A stretch of DNA of 63,691 nt, the filler included, from an uncultured bacterium (GTDB lineage: Bacteria; CAYUVA01): assembly GCA_964448115.1 (NCBI GenBank). It is 6 parts of 4 records of this genome, joined end to end, with 100 filler letters (N's around TTAATTAATTAA, not from the genome) between each part and the next. Parts side by side here need not be neighbours in the genome. Positions count along the whole stretch, not along the records: positions 43,373 to 59,636 come from CAYUVA010000015.1; positions 59,737 to 63,691 come from CAYUVA010000081.1; 4 more parts are not named here. One strand, written 5' to 3'. Position 1 is the stretch's first letter; every line of letters begins with the position of its first letter. A model generated the notes under the pieces. It searched no databases. It was not told where the DNA came from and worked only from the letters and a program-made list of their open reading frames with translations. The position numbers were made by a program, and so were the translations under genes. Positions 50,884 through 62,453 of this stretch are shown one piece after another.

Positions 50884-53800
50884 GTTTCCCCCGCACACGC
50901 GGGGATAGACCCAGGGCGTATGGCCCTTGCGACTTTTTGATTAGGTTTCCCCCGCACACGCGGGGATAGACCGAACTTCCAGCCCTAACCGGTATGGCTG
51001 GACCTGTTTCCCCCGCACACGCGGGGATAGACCATAATAAGAGGGGGAGGCACTAGGATCGTCCAGGTTTCCCCCGCACACGCGGGGATAGACCTCGGCA
51101 CTTCTCACGCTGATTGTTTAGCGTGAAGTTTCCCCCGCACACGCGGGGATAGACCTTTCGAGAAAAGAAAGTTCTTCTTTGCCTTTGCGTTTCCCCCGCA
51201 CACGCGGGGATAGACCTCGCAATGTGAGCACAGGGGATTCACCTGCTACGTTTCCCCCGCACACGCGGGGATAGACCCTGTGTATTAGCAGATGCTATTA
51301 CTTGTTGGGGGTTTCCCCCGCACACGCGGGGATAGACCTCCGTCTTTGCTTCTTCCATAGGGGAATGAACTGTTTCCCCCGCACACGCGGGGATAGACCT
51401 AAAAAATTTCCGCAACTACATTACTATATACAGTTTCCCCCGCACACGCGGGGATAGACCCGACGCGCTTCTTGGTTGCTTCCCTTTTCGCTTGTTTCCC
51501 CCGCACACGCGGGGATAGACCCATAAGGGAAAATCACGCTGCAGACTACTAAAAGTTTCCCCCGCACACGCGGGGATAGACCCCTTCTCCATTACTTGAG
51601 GATCGGTACGATGCTGTTTCCCCCGCACACGCGGGGATAGACCGGACGAAAGAAGGGTTTAACCGGCAAGCGTTTAGTTTCCCCCGCACACGCGGGGATA
51701 GACCGGGTGTAAAGAGGCAGGAATACATGCCATGGGGGTTTCCCCCGCACACGCGGGGATAGACCTACGAGCCATCAAAGGACGAGTATCAGCAGCGCTG
51801 TTTCCCCCGCACACGCGGGGATAGACCGCGCATCAGCAATAACACAATCATCATGGTACCGTTTCCCCCGCACACGCGGGGATAGACCCTCTTGTCTGAA
51901 GCCGCGGAGAATACTTCGCTGGTTTCCCCCGCACACGCGGGGATAGACCCCTGCCAGGGCAGGATGATTATCGGCTTAAACGGTTTCCCCCGCACACGCG
52001 GGGATAGACCATATATAACCTTACTTATGTCAATCTCTTTTATGTTTCCCCCGCACACGCGGGGATAGACCCAGTGATGCTAATTACAAGATTGGGGTGT
52101 TTGGGTTTCCCCCGCACACGCGGGGATAGACCTTGATCCGGAAGATGGCTGAGAGATCAGTCTCCGTTTCCCCCGCACACGCGGGGATAGACCGTATTTG
52201 TTCATTACGACCATTGTTTTCCCTCCGTTTCCCCCGCACACGCGGGGATAGACCTTCGATGACTTGACCATCTCTGGTCAAGGACAAGTTTCCCCCGCAC
52301 ACGCGGGGATAGACCTGTGGGTCATCATCATCCGCGGGGATGGACGTTGTTTCCCCCGCACACGCGGGGATAGACCGTAGAAACTCCTATAGGATCTGCG
52401 CCTTTGCTAGTTTCCCCCGCACACGCGGGGATAGACCTAGAAGACAAAGGAAGCTCTTCCCCTAGATCGTGTTTCCCCCGCACACGCGGGGATAGACCTC
52501 TCCGACTTGCTCGGCTTAATGTCCTGTTGATGTTTCCCCCGCACACGCGGGGATAGACCCTGATGATGCACCGGTAGAAAGATGCCCCCCTGGTTTCCCC
52601 CGCACACGCGGGGATAGACCCTTTTAGTATTGGTAACCTATAACAAGGGAGTAGTTTCCCCCGCACACGCGGGGATAGACCCGCCGATATAGAGCTGCCC
52701 TTCACGCATCCCTTGTTTCCCCCGCACACGCGGGGATAGACCCCAATGCCATAGAATAGATATATCCACATCCCTGTTTCCCCCGCACACGCGGGGATAG
52801 ACCTTCGTCCACATCCTCTGACTCATACGATGAATAGTTTCCCCCGCACACGCGGGGATAGACCACGTCTTCTTTGTCTTTAGGGTACATCCAGAAAGTT
52901 TCCCCCGCACACGCGGGGATAGACCCAATTACTACAGCCGAAGCCCCAACGAGGGTGAGTTTCCCCCGCACACGCGGGGATAGACCTCAACGTATGTTTT
53001 TTCCGCAAAACTTTTAAATGTTTCCCCCGCACACGCGGGGATAGACCGCATCGAGCGGTTACTTAAAAGGCGCTGAGTGTGTTTCCCCCGCACACGCGGG
53101 GATAGACCACCATGTAAAACTCGCTAGTACCCTTGGTCGCAGTTTCCCCCGCACACGCGGGGATAGACCATCGGCGAATAGCTTACGAGATAAAGCGGTT
53201 ATGTTTCCCCCGCACACGCGGGGATAGACCGGTATCGCATATCACGGTATCATGGTATCATGGGTTTCCCCCGCACACGCGGGGATAGACCCAAGGGGGG
53301 GGGATTCACGCTGCCGACTACTAAGTTTCCCCCGCACACGCGGGGATAGACCTCGGTACACCCGTATCGTCTGCTATATCAATTAGTTTCCCCCGCACAC
53401 GCGGGGATAGACCTCGGTACACCCGTATCGTCTGCTATATCAATTAGTTTCCCCCGCACACGCGGGGATAGACCTGTATTTATTCTTTCCGGGGGGCAAC
53501 CCCAGAAGTTTCCCCCGCACACGCGGGGATAGACCATAGGAAAAAGCTTTTTACCAGGGAAGCTATGGGTTTCCCCCGCACACGCGGGGATAGACCTGTA
53601 CCGTACACATACGCGTCTAAACGCTTGCCGTTTCCCCCGCACACGCGGGGATAGACCTAAACCAGTCTCCTTGAATAAATATTTTGACACGTTTCCCCCG
53701 CACACGCGGGGATAGACCCTGGAGGATTACACGGTTGCAGTAGTTGTAGACGTTTCCCCCGCACACGCGGGGATAGACCGTATTCGAGCGAACAGTCCAA

Positions 53801-56800
53801 AAGACAGAAGAAGTTTCCCCCGCACACGCGGGGATAGACCGTTCGCAGTTGGTTAGTAGTCGAACAAGAAACCGTTTCCCCCGCACACGCGGGGATAGAC
53901 CTGCTGACCGTGTACCAAGGGCGGTACGGAAGGTGTTTCCCCCGCACACGCGGGGATAGACCCTCAGCACCAGCGCTTGAAACTAGCAGATATCGGTTTC
54001 CCCCGCACACGCGGGGATAGACCTTTTGGACAAACTTCCGCATTTTATACGATGTTGTTTCCCCCGCACACGCGGGGATAGACCTCTCGAATTGGTCCAC
54101 TTGCTTGCTCCTTTCGGGTTTCCCCCGCACACGCGGGGATAGACCGTGATCAGCAGGCGCTAGAAAATCCGCTCATCGGTTTCCCCCGCACACGCGGGGA
54201 TAGACCCCTACAGACAACCCTCCATAAATCCTTGCACGGGTTTCCCCCGCACACGCGGGGATAGACCCACGGCGGGGCACTTACTCACAGAGCTACAGAG
54301 GTTTCCCCCGCACACGCGGGGATAGACCGCATTTTTGAGGACGACACTCCAAAAACAAATAGTTTCCCCCGCACACGCGGGGATAGACCATATACTTGAT
54401 GCACAGCCAGAGGTGCTTTCGTGTTTCCCCCGCACACGCGGGGATAGACCCACGGCGGGGCACTTACTCACAGAGCTACAGAGGTTTCCCCCGCACACGC
54501 GGGGATAGACCTTATCTGCGGTTCTCCGTATACCTTAATGCGTTGTTTCCCCCGCACACGCGGGGATAGACCGTATTCGAGCGAACAGTCCAAAAGACAG
54601 AAGAAGTTTCCCCCGCACACGCGGGGATAGACCTATTTCATGGACGCTCTAGTGTTCTTTGTTATAGTTTCCCCCGCACACGCGGGGATAGACCAAGAGA
54701 CTGTTCTCTCCTGTCTCAGCAGGCTTGGTTTCCCCCGCACACGCGGGGATAGACCTTTCTAGTAGAGACTTTGCCCATTGTGCTTTTTGTTTCCCCCGCA
54801 CACGCGGGGATAGACCTAGCATCTGCTAATACACAGTCGTCGTGCTGTCGTTTCCCCCGCACACGCGGGGATAGACCCAGCCGCCTATGCCGCTCACGGG
54901 GAGAGTACACGTTTCCCCCGCACACGCGGGGATAGACCTGCAAATGCGTGTCGAAGAAACGCCATACGAAAGTTTCCCCCGCACACGCGGGGATAGACCT
55001 CATTAACTCACGCCCCAAGGCTTCTGTCGGCAGTTTCCCCCGCACACGCGGGGATAGACCGTTCTCTTCTGTCGGGCTGTCTATCGGTCGATAGTTTCCC
55101 CCGCACACGCGGGGATAGACCGAAACCGCCATTCGTCCCCATCAACATAAACCAGTTTCCCCCGCACACGCGGGGATAGACCCGAGAAACAATCGCTATC
55201 TAATAGAAATATTACGTTTCCCCCGCACACGCGGGGATAGACCGTCCTCTTTTCGGCCTTTTTGCCAAAAAAAGAGGTTTCCCTCGCACACGCGGGGATA
55301 GACCTTAACACGGTAAAACGCTTCATTCTTCGTTCTAGTTTCCCCCGCACACGCGGGGATAGACCTTTTGCCACGCCTCTGTTTTTGTTTGTATCTCTGT
55401 TTCCCCCGCACACGCGGGGATAGACCCCAGCAGATATCGTTCCATATCATCACCCCCTTGTTTCCCCCGCACACGCGGGGATAGACCGTTGTTGAGTGGA
55501 CATGATGTTGGTGTAATATAGTTTCCCCCGCACACGCGGGGATAGACCCACATGGAGAGAAGAGGATGTTAGAAGAGATGAGTTTCCCCCGCACACGCGG
55601 GGATAGACCTCTCCCCTACCTCGCCACTCGTCAACCTGCACCGTTTCCCCCGCACACGCGGGGATAGACCACAGATAATTTAGGCGACATAAAGGACATC
55701 GCTGGTTTCCCCCGCACACGCGGGGATAGACCCATTATGTTCAGTTTGTCAAGAGAAAAATAAACGTTTCCCCCGCACACGCGGGGATAGACCTCTTATT
55801 GTGGAGCACAGATGCATTAGTAGATAGTTTCCCCCGCACACGCGGGGATAGACCGTCGGCAAGCAAGGGCATAGGGTTGCGGATGGTGTTTCCCCCGCAC
55901 ACGCGGGGATAGACCATAAACTTGGCAAAAGATCTGGGTGTGGACAAGGTTTCCCCCGCACACGCGGGGATAGACCTATAATACTTTTTAGGCAAATATG
56001 CAAGTACACGTTTCCCCCGCACACGCGGGGATAGACCTAGCTCAATGATCTGCTCTACTAGCTCAGGGGGGTTTCCCCCGCACACGCGGGGATAGACCGC
56101 ACGGTATGTTGTACTTGCTGCCGGCACAGGAGTTTCCCCCGCACACGCGGGGATAGACCCAAGGTCCAAAACCCGCCTGATGCCATATCTTTGTTTCCCC
56201 CGCACACGCGGGGATAGACCCGTAAGGTAAACGCCGATCTTGTTTTTTACGAGGTTTCCCCCGCACACGCGGGGATAGACCTTTCTAGTAGAGACTTTGC
56301 CCATTGTGCTTTTTGTTTCCCCCGCACACGCGGGGATAGACCTTGTCCTTCGTTAGTCAGACAAAGACCTTTATTGTTTCCCCCGCACACGCGGGGATAG
56401 ACCGGCGGTACGGAAGGTCGTTCTCGGATAGGTAACGTTTCCCCCGCACACGCGGGGATAGACCTGGCAGACGAAAGAGGATCGGGCTGGGCAAGTAGTT
56501 TCCCCCGCACACGCGGGGATAGACCCTATATCACCTCCTTCTATCTTGTTTCTCAGGTGTTTCCCCCGCACACGCGGGGATAGACCTTACTATTTTACAG
56601 AGACTTATCCAGATCGGGGAATCCGATCTTGTGTTTCCCCCGCACACGCGGGGATAGACCTCCTTGATGAAGGCATAGAACAGGCCGCCGACCGTTTCCC
56701 CCGCACACGCGGGGATAGACCGCCTCAGCTATGTTTATGCCATAATCGATGGACGTTTCCCCCGCACACGCGGGGATAGACCGGGATATGAAGGATTTTA

Positions 56801-59588
56801 TGCACAAGTACCAGTGTTTCCCCCGCACACGCGGGGATAGACCTTCCCTTGCCATCTGCTGCGCTTCCCCATCTATGTTTCCCCCGCACACGCGGGGATA
56901 GACCCGAGATTGTAGAGGGGTCATTTGAGGTTGTAAGGTTTCCCCCGCACACGCGGGGATAGACCCCGGCCGCCCGGACCCCTATTTCTTATCTCCCTGT
57001 TTCCCCCGCACACGCGGGGATAGACCTATCCACACGCTTGTGTTTTTCCAGGCGGATTTGTTTCCCCCGCACACGCGGGGATAGACCGTTCTTGTGCCTT
57101 CTGTTCACGAAGACTTGACCGTTTCCCCCGCACACGCGGGGATAGACCTCACCTCATATATGTAACTAGGTCTTCTATTACGTTTCCCCCGCACACGCGG
57201 GGATAGACCGTGTCACATTTGGTAGCACTATGGTTCGATTTAGTTTCCCCCGCACACGCGGGGATAGACCCCTAGACCCGATGAGCTTTGTTGTTGGGGT
57301 AGCGTTTCCCCCGCACACGCGGGGATAGACCTTGGTTCATCGCTTGCTTGCTCCTTTCGGGGGCGTTTCCCCCGCACACGCGGGGATAGACCTGCCCTAG
57401 AGGGGATGCTAGAGGATGCGGGCGTGTTTCCCCCGCACACGCGGGGATAGACCGCAGATAGCGATCCACTATCTCACCCCCTTCCTGTTTCCCCCGCACA
57501 CGCGGGGATAGACCGCTGGTCTTGGGATAGACAACAACGGGGGGCCGGTTTCCCCCGCACACGCGGGGATAGACCCCCTTAAGGAAGGGGGTGAAGACAT
57601 GGACAGATGTTTCCCCCGCACACGCGGGGATAGACCTCTCGAATTGGTCCATGCTTGCTCCTTTCGGGGGTTTCCCCCGCACACGCGGGGATAGACCGGC
57701 AAAGGACACTGTTTCCCTTCTCAACGACTTGTTTCCCCCGCACACGCGGGGATAGACCCATATCCTCACGGTATCATCATCATCATCGAGCGTTTCCCCC
57801 GCACACGCGGGGATAGACCTATCCACACGCTTGTGTTTTTCCAGGCGGATTTGTTTCCCCCGCACACGCGGGGATAGACCATATCCCATGAAATATCCCA
57901 TGACCGTATAACCGTTTCCCCCGCACACGCGGGGATAGACCTCACCGCAAATGCCTATAAATACTGCACCCGCAGTTTCCCCCGCACACGCGGGGATAGA
58001 CCTATATGCCATCAATAGCTCAATGATCTGCTCTAGTTTCCCCCGCACACGCGGGGATAGACCATATACTTGATGCACAGCCAGAGGTGCTTTCGTGTTT
58101 CCCCCGCACACGCGGGGATAGACCTATACTAAGAAGTCTTCTTTTTATCCTTCTAGTGTTTCCCCCGCACACGCGGGGATAGACCTGCGCAGATCGCTGA
58201 CACACACGATTTGGCGACGTTTCCCCCGCACACGCGGGGATAGACCGTCGTATCGGGTCCTTCAGAGCCTTGAAAATCTGTTTCCCCCGCACACGCGGGG
58301 ATAGACCTTGGTGCATTTATTGTTCAAATATTGCATTTAGGTTTCCCCCGCACACGCGGGGATAGACCTAGACTTAGAGACGGAAACCATAGAAGGCGAG
58401 CGTTTCCCCCGCACACGCGGGGATAGACCGCTCCAAGATCGCCGACTCGGCGATTACAACCGGTTTCCCCCGCACACGCGGGGATAGACCGACGAAAAAC
58501 AGGGATTTATTATAGAACTCCGCGTTTCCCCCGCACACGCGGGGATAGACCGACCAGGCACGTACCACCACCCCGCTATCATCGGTTTCCCCCGCACACG
58601 CGGGGATAGACCTGATATTTCTTGTTGGATGGGATACGGTTATTAGTTTCCCCCGCACACGCGGGGATAGACCTATACATCCCCGATATGAAAGGATTCA
58701 TCAGGAGTTTCCCCCGCACACGCGGGGATAGACCACAAAAACGACACAGCTACCGTGCCATGCGATAGTTTCCCCCGCACACGCGGGGATAGACCTCACC
58801 GCAAATGCCTATAAATACTGCACCCGCAGTTTCCCCCGCACACGCGGGGATAGACCCCTGGCGATACGGAGATGATTTTTTTCAGATGTGTTTCCCCCGC
58901 ACACGCGGGGATAGACCTTGATCCATCTGCTTGCTCCTTTCGGGGACCGGGTTTCCCCCGCACACGCGGGGATAGACCGGCTTGTCATACCCCGGAGCTA
59001 TCCGGCGCAGAGTTTCCCCCGCACACGCGGGGATAGACCGATTGACTTGGGGTAATTGGGTGCTAATAATAAGTTTCCCCCGCACACGCGGGGATAGACC
59101 TCCATCCGAGGCTCTGGAACGGATGCTTGAAGAGTTTCCCCCGCACACGCGGGGATAGACCAAAGGAGTACGATTTATTTGAAATGGATTATGCGTTTCC
59201 CCCGCACACGCGGGGATAGACCTTTTCTTGAAGTTCTATATGGTTATTGTGTCTCGTTTCCCCCGCACACGCGGGGATAGACCATGCGTTGTGTTCCTCA
59301 CGGCACTATTAGACCAGTTTCCCCCGCACACGCGGGGATAGACCCCTTGATCGGGTCCTTCACCCATTTGAAGTCCAGTTTCCCCCGCACACGCGGGGAT
59401 AGACCTCGAGAACTCCATTTTACGATAATTCCCCTTCGGTTTCCCCCGCACACGCGGGGATAGACCCTACTTGGCTTTTGCGAGGAAGACCTTTGCTTGG
59501 TTTCCCCCGCACACGCGGGGATAGACCCGTGAAGAGGACCTCGAGGAGGAGGCGCGTCGTGTTTCCCCCGCACACGCGGGGCAGCTCT
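50884..59588 (+). CRISPR. Type I-E CRISPR array, 143 repeats / 142 spacers
   Basis: Repeat GTTTCCCCCGCACACGCGGGGATAGACC (28 nt), 61-nt period, 33-nt spacers (two of 34 nt, one of 46 nt); variant repeat at 55277; degenerate terminal repeat at 59561. Confidence 0.99.
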
Positions 59589-59872
59589 GAAGAATTGATT
59601 TAATTCGCATTGTGATGCTGTTAGAAATCGCCTCCTNNNNNNNNNNNNNNNNNNNNNNNNNNNNNNNNNNNNNNNNNNNNTTAATTAATTAANNNNNNNN
59701 NNNNNNNNNNNNNNNNNNNNNNNNNNNNNNNNNNNNATAGACCTCGTACATCCAGATTGTACTCCTCCAATAAGCCCTGCAACTTCCTGAACCTGATCGT
59801 TTAAATTTCATTGCGCTGTTGGGGTGGGTGTGTTAAGCTATAATGTGAAACTCTATTAAGGATCACTGAGCT

Positions 59873-60072
59873 ATGATGGTTGAAATAGACCGAGAGGATG
59901 ACGGTAGTTGGATCGCCGAAGTGCCTGATTTGCCTGGAGTTATGACCTATGGCAAGAGCCGAGATGAGGCTATTGCGAAATTAAAAGCCTGGCTCTTAGG
60001 GGGCTTGCCGACCGACTGGATCATGGAGAGGAAATACCGGAATTAAATCATGTATTTGCTGTACAATCATGA
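59873..60072 (+). pseudogene. hicB: HicB-family antitoxin, frameshifted
   Basis: EDDGSWIAEVPDLPGVMTYG; continues ALRGLADRLDHGEEIP only after restoring one base near 59988. Confidence 0.8.
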
Positions 60073-60284
60073 CTAAATGGTCATCAACCAAAGCTAGATT
60101 AGTATTGAATGCTCTGTTGCGTATAGGGTGGAGTATTAAACGAAGATCTAGTACTTCACATCTTGTGTTTGAACTACCTGGATATCCAAACTTTGTATTT
60201 GCATTTCATAATAAAGAAGAGATATGTGCGCGCATGTCATCAAGAATATTAATATATACAGGTCTTAGGTCTGAAGATTTATAA
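60069..60284 (+). CDS. hicA: HicA-family mRNA interferase toxin (possibly degenerate)
   Basis: ATGA overlap with hicB; LLRIGW..SH..FAFH..TGL pattern. Confidence 0.8.
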   Translation: MTKWSSTKARLVLNALLRIGWSIKRRSSTSHLVFELPGYPNFVFAFHNKEEICARMSSRILIYTGLRSEDL

Positions 60285-60342
60285 CATATAAAATGCTTAA
60301 TAATAGCAACATTTAATAAGTAAAAGAAAAGGACTACTATTA

Positions 60343-61854
60343 ATGTTCAAAAAGATACTTGTTGCCAATAGAGGCGAGATAGCGGTGCGCATCATGCGCG
60401 CCTGTCGGGAGCTTGGCATAAGCACAGTAGCGGTCTATTCCGAGGCTGATAGCCAGGCGCTGCATGTATTGCAGGCTGATGAGTCTTACTGCATCGGTGC
60501 TGCACCCCCTGGAGAGAGCTATCTGAACATTGAGCGCATCATCGACGCTGCCAATAAAGCAGGCGCAGAGGCGATCCATCCCGGCTACGGCTTCCTAGCC
60601 GAGAATGCTAGTTTCGCTAAATCGGTGGGAGATGCCGGTCTGGTATTCATCGGTCCCCCTGCTGAGGCTATCGAACTGATGGGAAGCAAGGTCGCCTCGC
60701 GCAAGACGGTGATGGAGTCTGGAGTGCCTGTTATTCCTGGGACGACCGCTTCCAGCGAGGATCTCGCTTTGCTCAAGGCTGAGGCGCTGAAGATCGGCTT
60801 CCCTTTGTTGATCAAGGCATCAGCCGGCGGTGGCGGCAAGGGGATGCGCATCCTTCACCAGGCAAGCGAACTCGATGAGAACCTGCAAGCAGCCATGCGC
60901 GAGGCGAAGAGCGCGTTCGGAGACCCAACCGTCTATATCGAAAAATACCTCGAAGAACCAAGGCATATCGAGTTCCAGGTGCTCGGCGACATGCACGGCA
61001 CTATCATCAATCTCTTTGAGCGAGAGTGCTCCATCCAGCGTAGGCACCAGAAGATCATCGAGGAGACGCCATCGCCAGTGGTAACCCCAGTACTTCGCTC
61101 CCGTATGGGAGAGGCAGCGGTCAAGGCTGCGCAGGCTTGCGGTTACTACAACGCGGGCACAGTGGAGTTCCTGGTCGATAAAAACGGGAACTTCTACTTC
61201 CTGGAGATGAATACGCGCATCCAGGTCGAGCATCCCATAACCGAGCTTGTGGTCGGCATCGACCTGGTCAAGGAGCAGATCCGCATCGCTAGCGGTGAAA
61301 AACTGCACTTGCGCCAGGATCATCTCTCTCAGCGAGGAAGCGCCATCGAGTGCCGCATTTATGCTGAGGATGCTGCCAACAACTTCCTTCCATCATCGGG
61401 CAAGATCCTGTTCTGCTTTGAGCCATGGGGACCAGGCATTCGCTGCGATTCGGGCATCTATAGCGGTTGCCAGGTGTCGGTTTACTATGACCCCATCCTG
61501 GCAAAGCTGGTTACATGGGACAAAGATCGCGAGTCGGCGCGGAAAAGGATGATCCAAGCCTTGAGAGATTATGTCATTCTTGGCATCAAGACCAACATAC
61601 CTTATCTTATCGATATCCTGGAGCACCCTCGCTTCATCGATGGCAAGATAGACACCGATTTTCTGCCCCGCAATATGCCTAACTGGGCGCCGAGAGAACC
61701 TTCGGATGAACATATTGAGCTAGCCATCGCCGCCGCTGCGCTATACGAACATAGCTTTGCATCCAAGCCGCACAGTGCAAGCGCTTCAAAAACAGCCCAC
61801 GCTACTTCTCCCTGGCAGACCATCGGCGCCTGGGAGATATGCGCATCGAGATAG
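60343..61854 (+). CDS. accC: Biotin carboxylase subunit of an acyl-CoA carboxylase
   Basis: [46 protein letters not shown]. Confidence 0.95.
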   Translation: MFKKILVANRGEIAVRIMRACRELGISTVAVYSEADSQALHVLQADESYCIGAAPPGESYLNIERIIDAANKAGAEAIHPGYGFLAENASFAKSVGDAGLVFIGPPAEAIELMGSKVASRKTVMESGVPVIPGTTASSEDLALLKAEALKIGFPLLIKASAGGGGKGMRILHQASELDENLQAAMREAKSAFGDPTVYIEKYLEEPRHIEFQVLGDMHGTIINLFERECSIQRRHQKIIEETPSPVVTPVLRSRMGEAAVKAAQACGYYNAGTVEFLVDKNGNFYFLEMNTRIQVEHPITELVVGIDLVKEQIRIASGEKLHLRQDHLSQRGSAIECRIYAEDAANNFLPSSGKILFCFEPWGPGIRCDSGIYSGCQVSVYYDPILAKLVTWDKDRESARKRMIQALRDYVILGIKTNIPYLIDILEHPRFIDGKIDTDFLPRNMPNWAPREPSDEHIELAIAAAALYEHSFASKPHSASASKTAHATSPWQTIGAWEICASR

Positions 61855-61867
61855 GAGGAAAGCAAAG

Positions 61868-62395
61868 TTGAATTACGAGTACAAGATCGGCGATAAGATA
61901 TACCAGGCAAGCGTTGAAAAGGATGAAGAAGATGGATACAGGGTAAGGATCAGCGACAAAGTGCTTACCGTCAAAGCCATGATGCCAATTGAGAATCTGC
62001 TCTCGATGGATATAGATGGCAGGCGAATTAAGGCATACATAGCAGGGGATGATGAATCAAAGCTTGTTTCACTCGATGGACATGTTTTTACGCTCGAACG
62101 ACCCTATCAACAGGATGCAGCAACCGCTAGCGAGGCTTCATCGGGTGGTGTTGTTGTCGCCAGGGATTACCAGGTGATCAAAGCGCCGATGCCTGGCACC
62201 GTTGTCAAGATCCATGTTACCTGCGGTGATATAGTCAAGCCACGCCAATGCTGCATCATTATCGAGGCTATGAAGATGGAACACCCGCTGCTCAGTGAGC
62301 TTGACGGCGAGGTGGTCAAGGTGCATGTAAAGGAGCGCGACCTGGTGAGCACCTCGTGTCCACTGGTTGAGATTAAGAAAAGGCTTGAGGCTTGA
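61868..62395 (+). CDS. Biotin carboxyl carrier protein
   Basis: EAMKM biotinylation motif; SD AGGAGG before TTG 61868. Confidence 0.92.
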   Translation: MNYEYKIGDKIYQASVEKDEEDGYRVRISDKVLTVKAMMPIENLLSMDIDGRRIKAYIAGDDESKLVSLDGHVFTLERPYQQDAATASEASSGGVVVARDYQVIKAPMPGTVVKIHVTCGDIVKPRQCCIIIEAMKMEHPLLSELDGEVVKVHVKERDLVSTSCPLVEIKKRLEA

Positions 62396-62453
62396 GGCTT
62401 TTATCATCGACATTTCCGTACAGGCGGAAATCCAGTCTTAAATATAGAGAAAC

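Noticed and set aside
51416-59573. Many ORFs with repeated VYPRVCGGN / GLSPRVRGK / SIPACAGET
   Set aside because: Translations of the CRISPR repeat, not genes
59561-60284. hicBA as a module physically linked to the cas locus
   Set aside because: Separated by an artificial contig junction; linkage unproven
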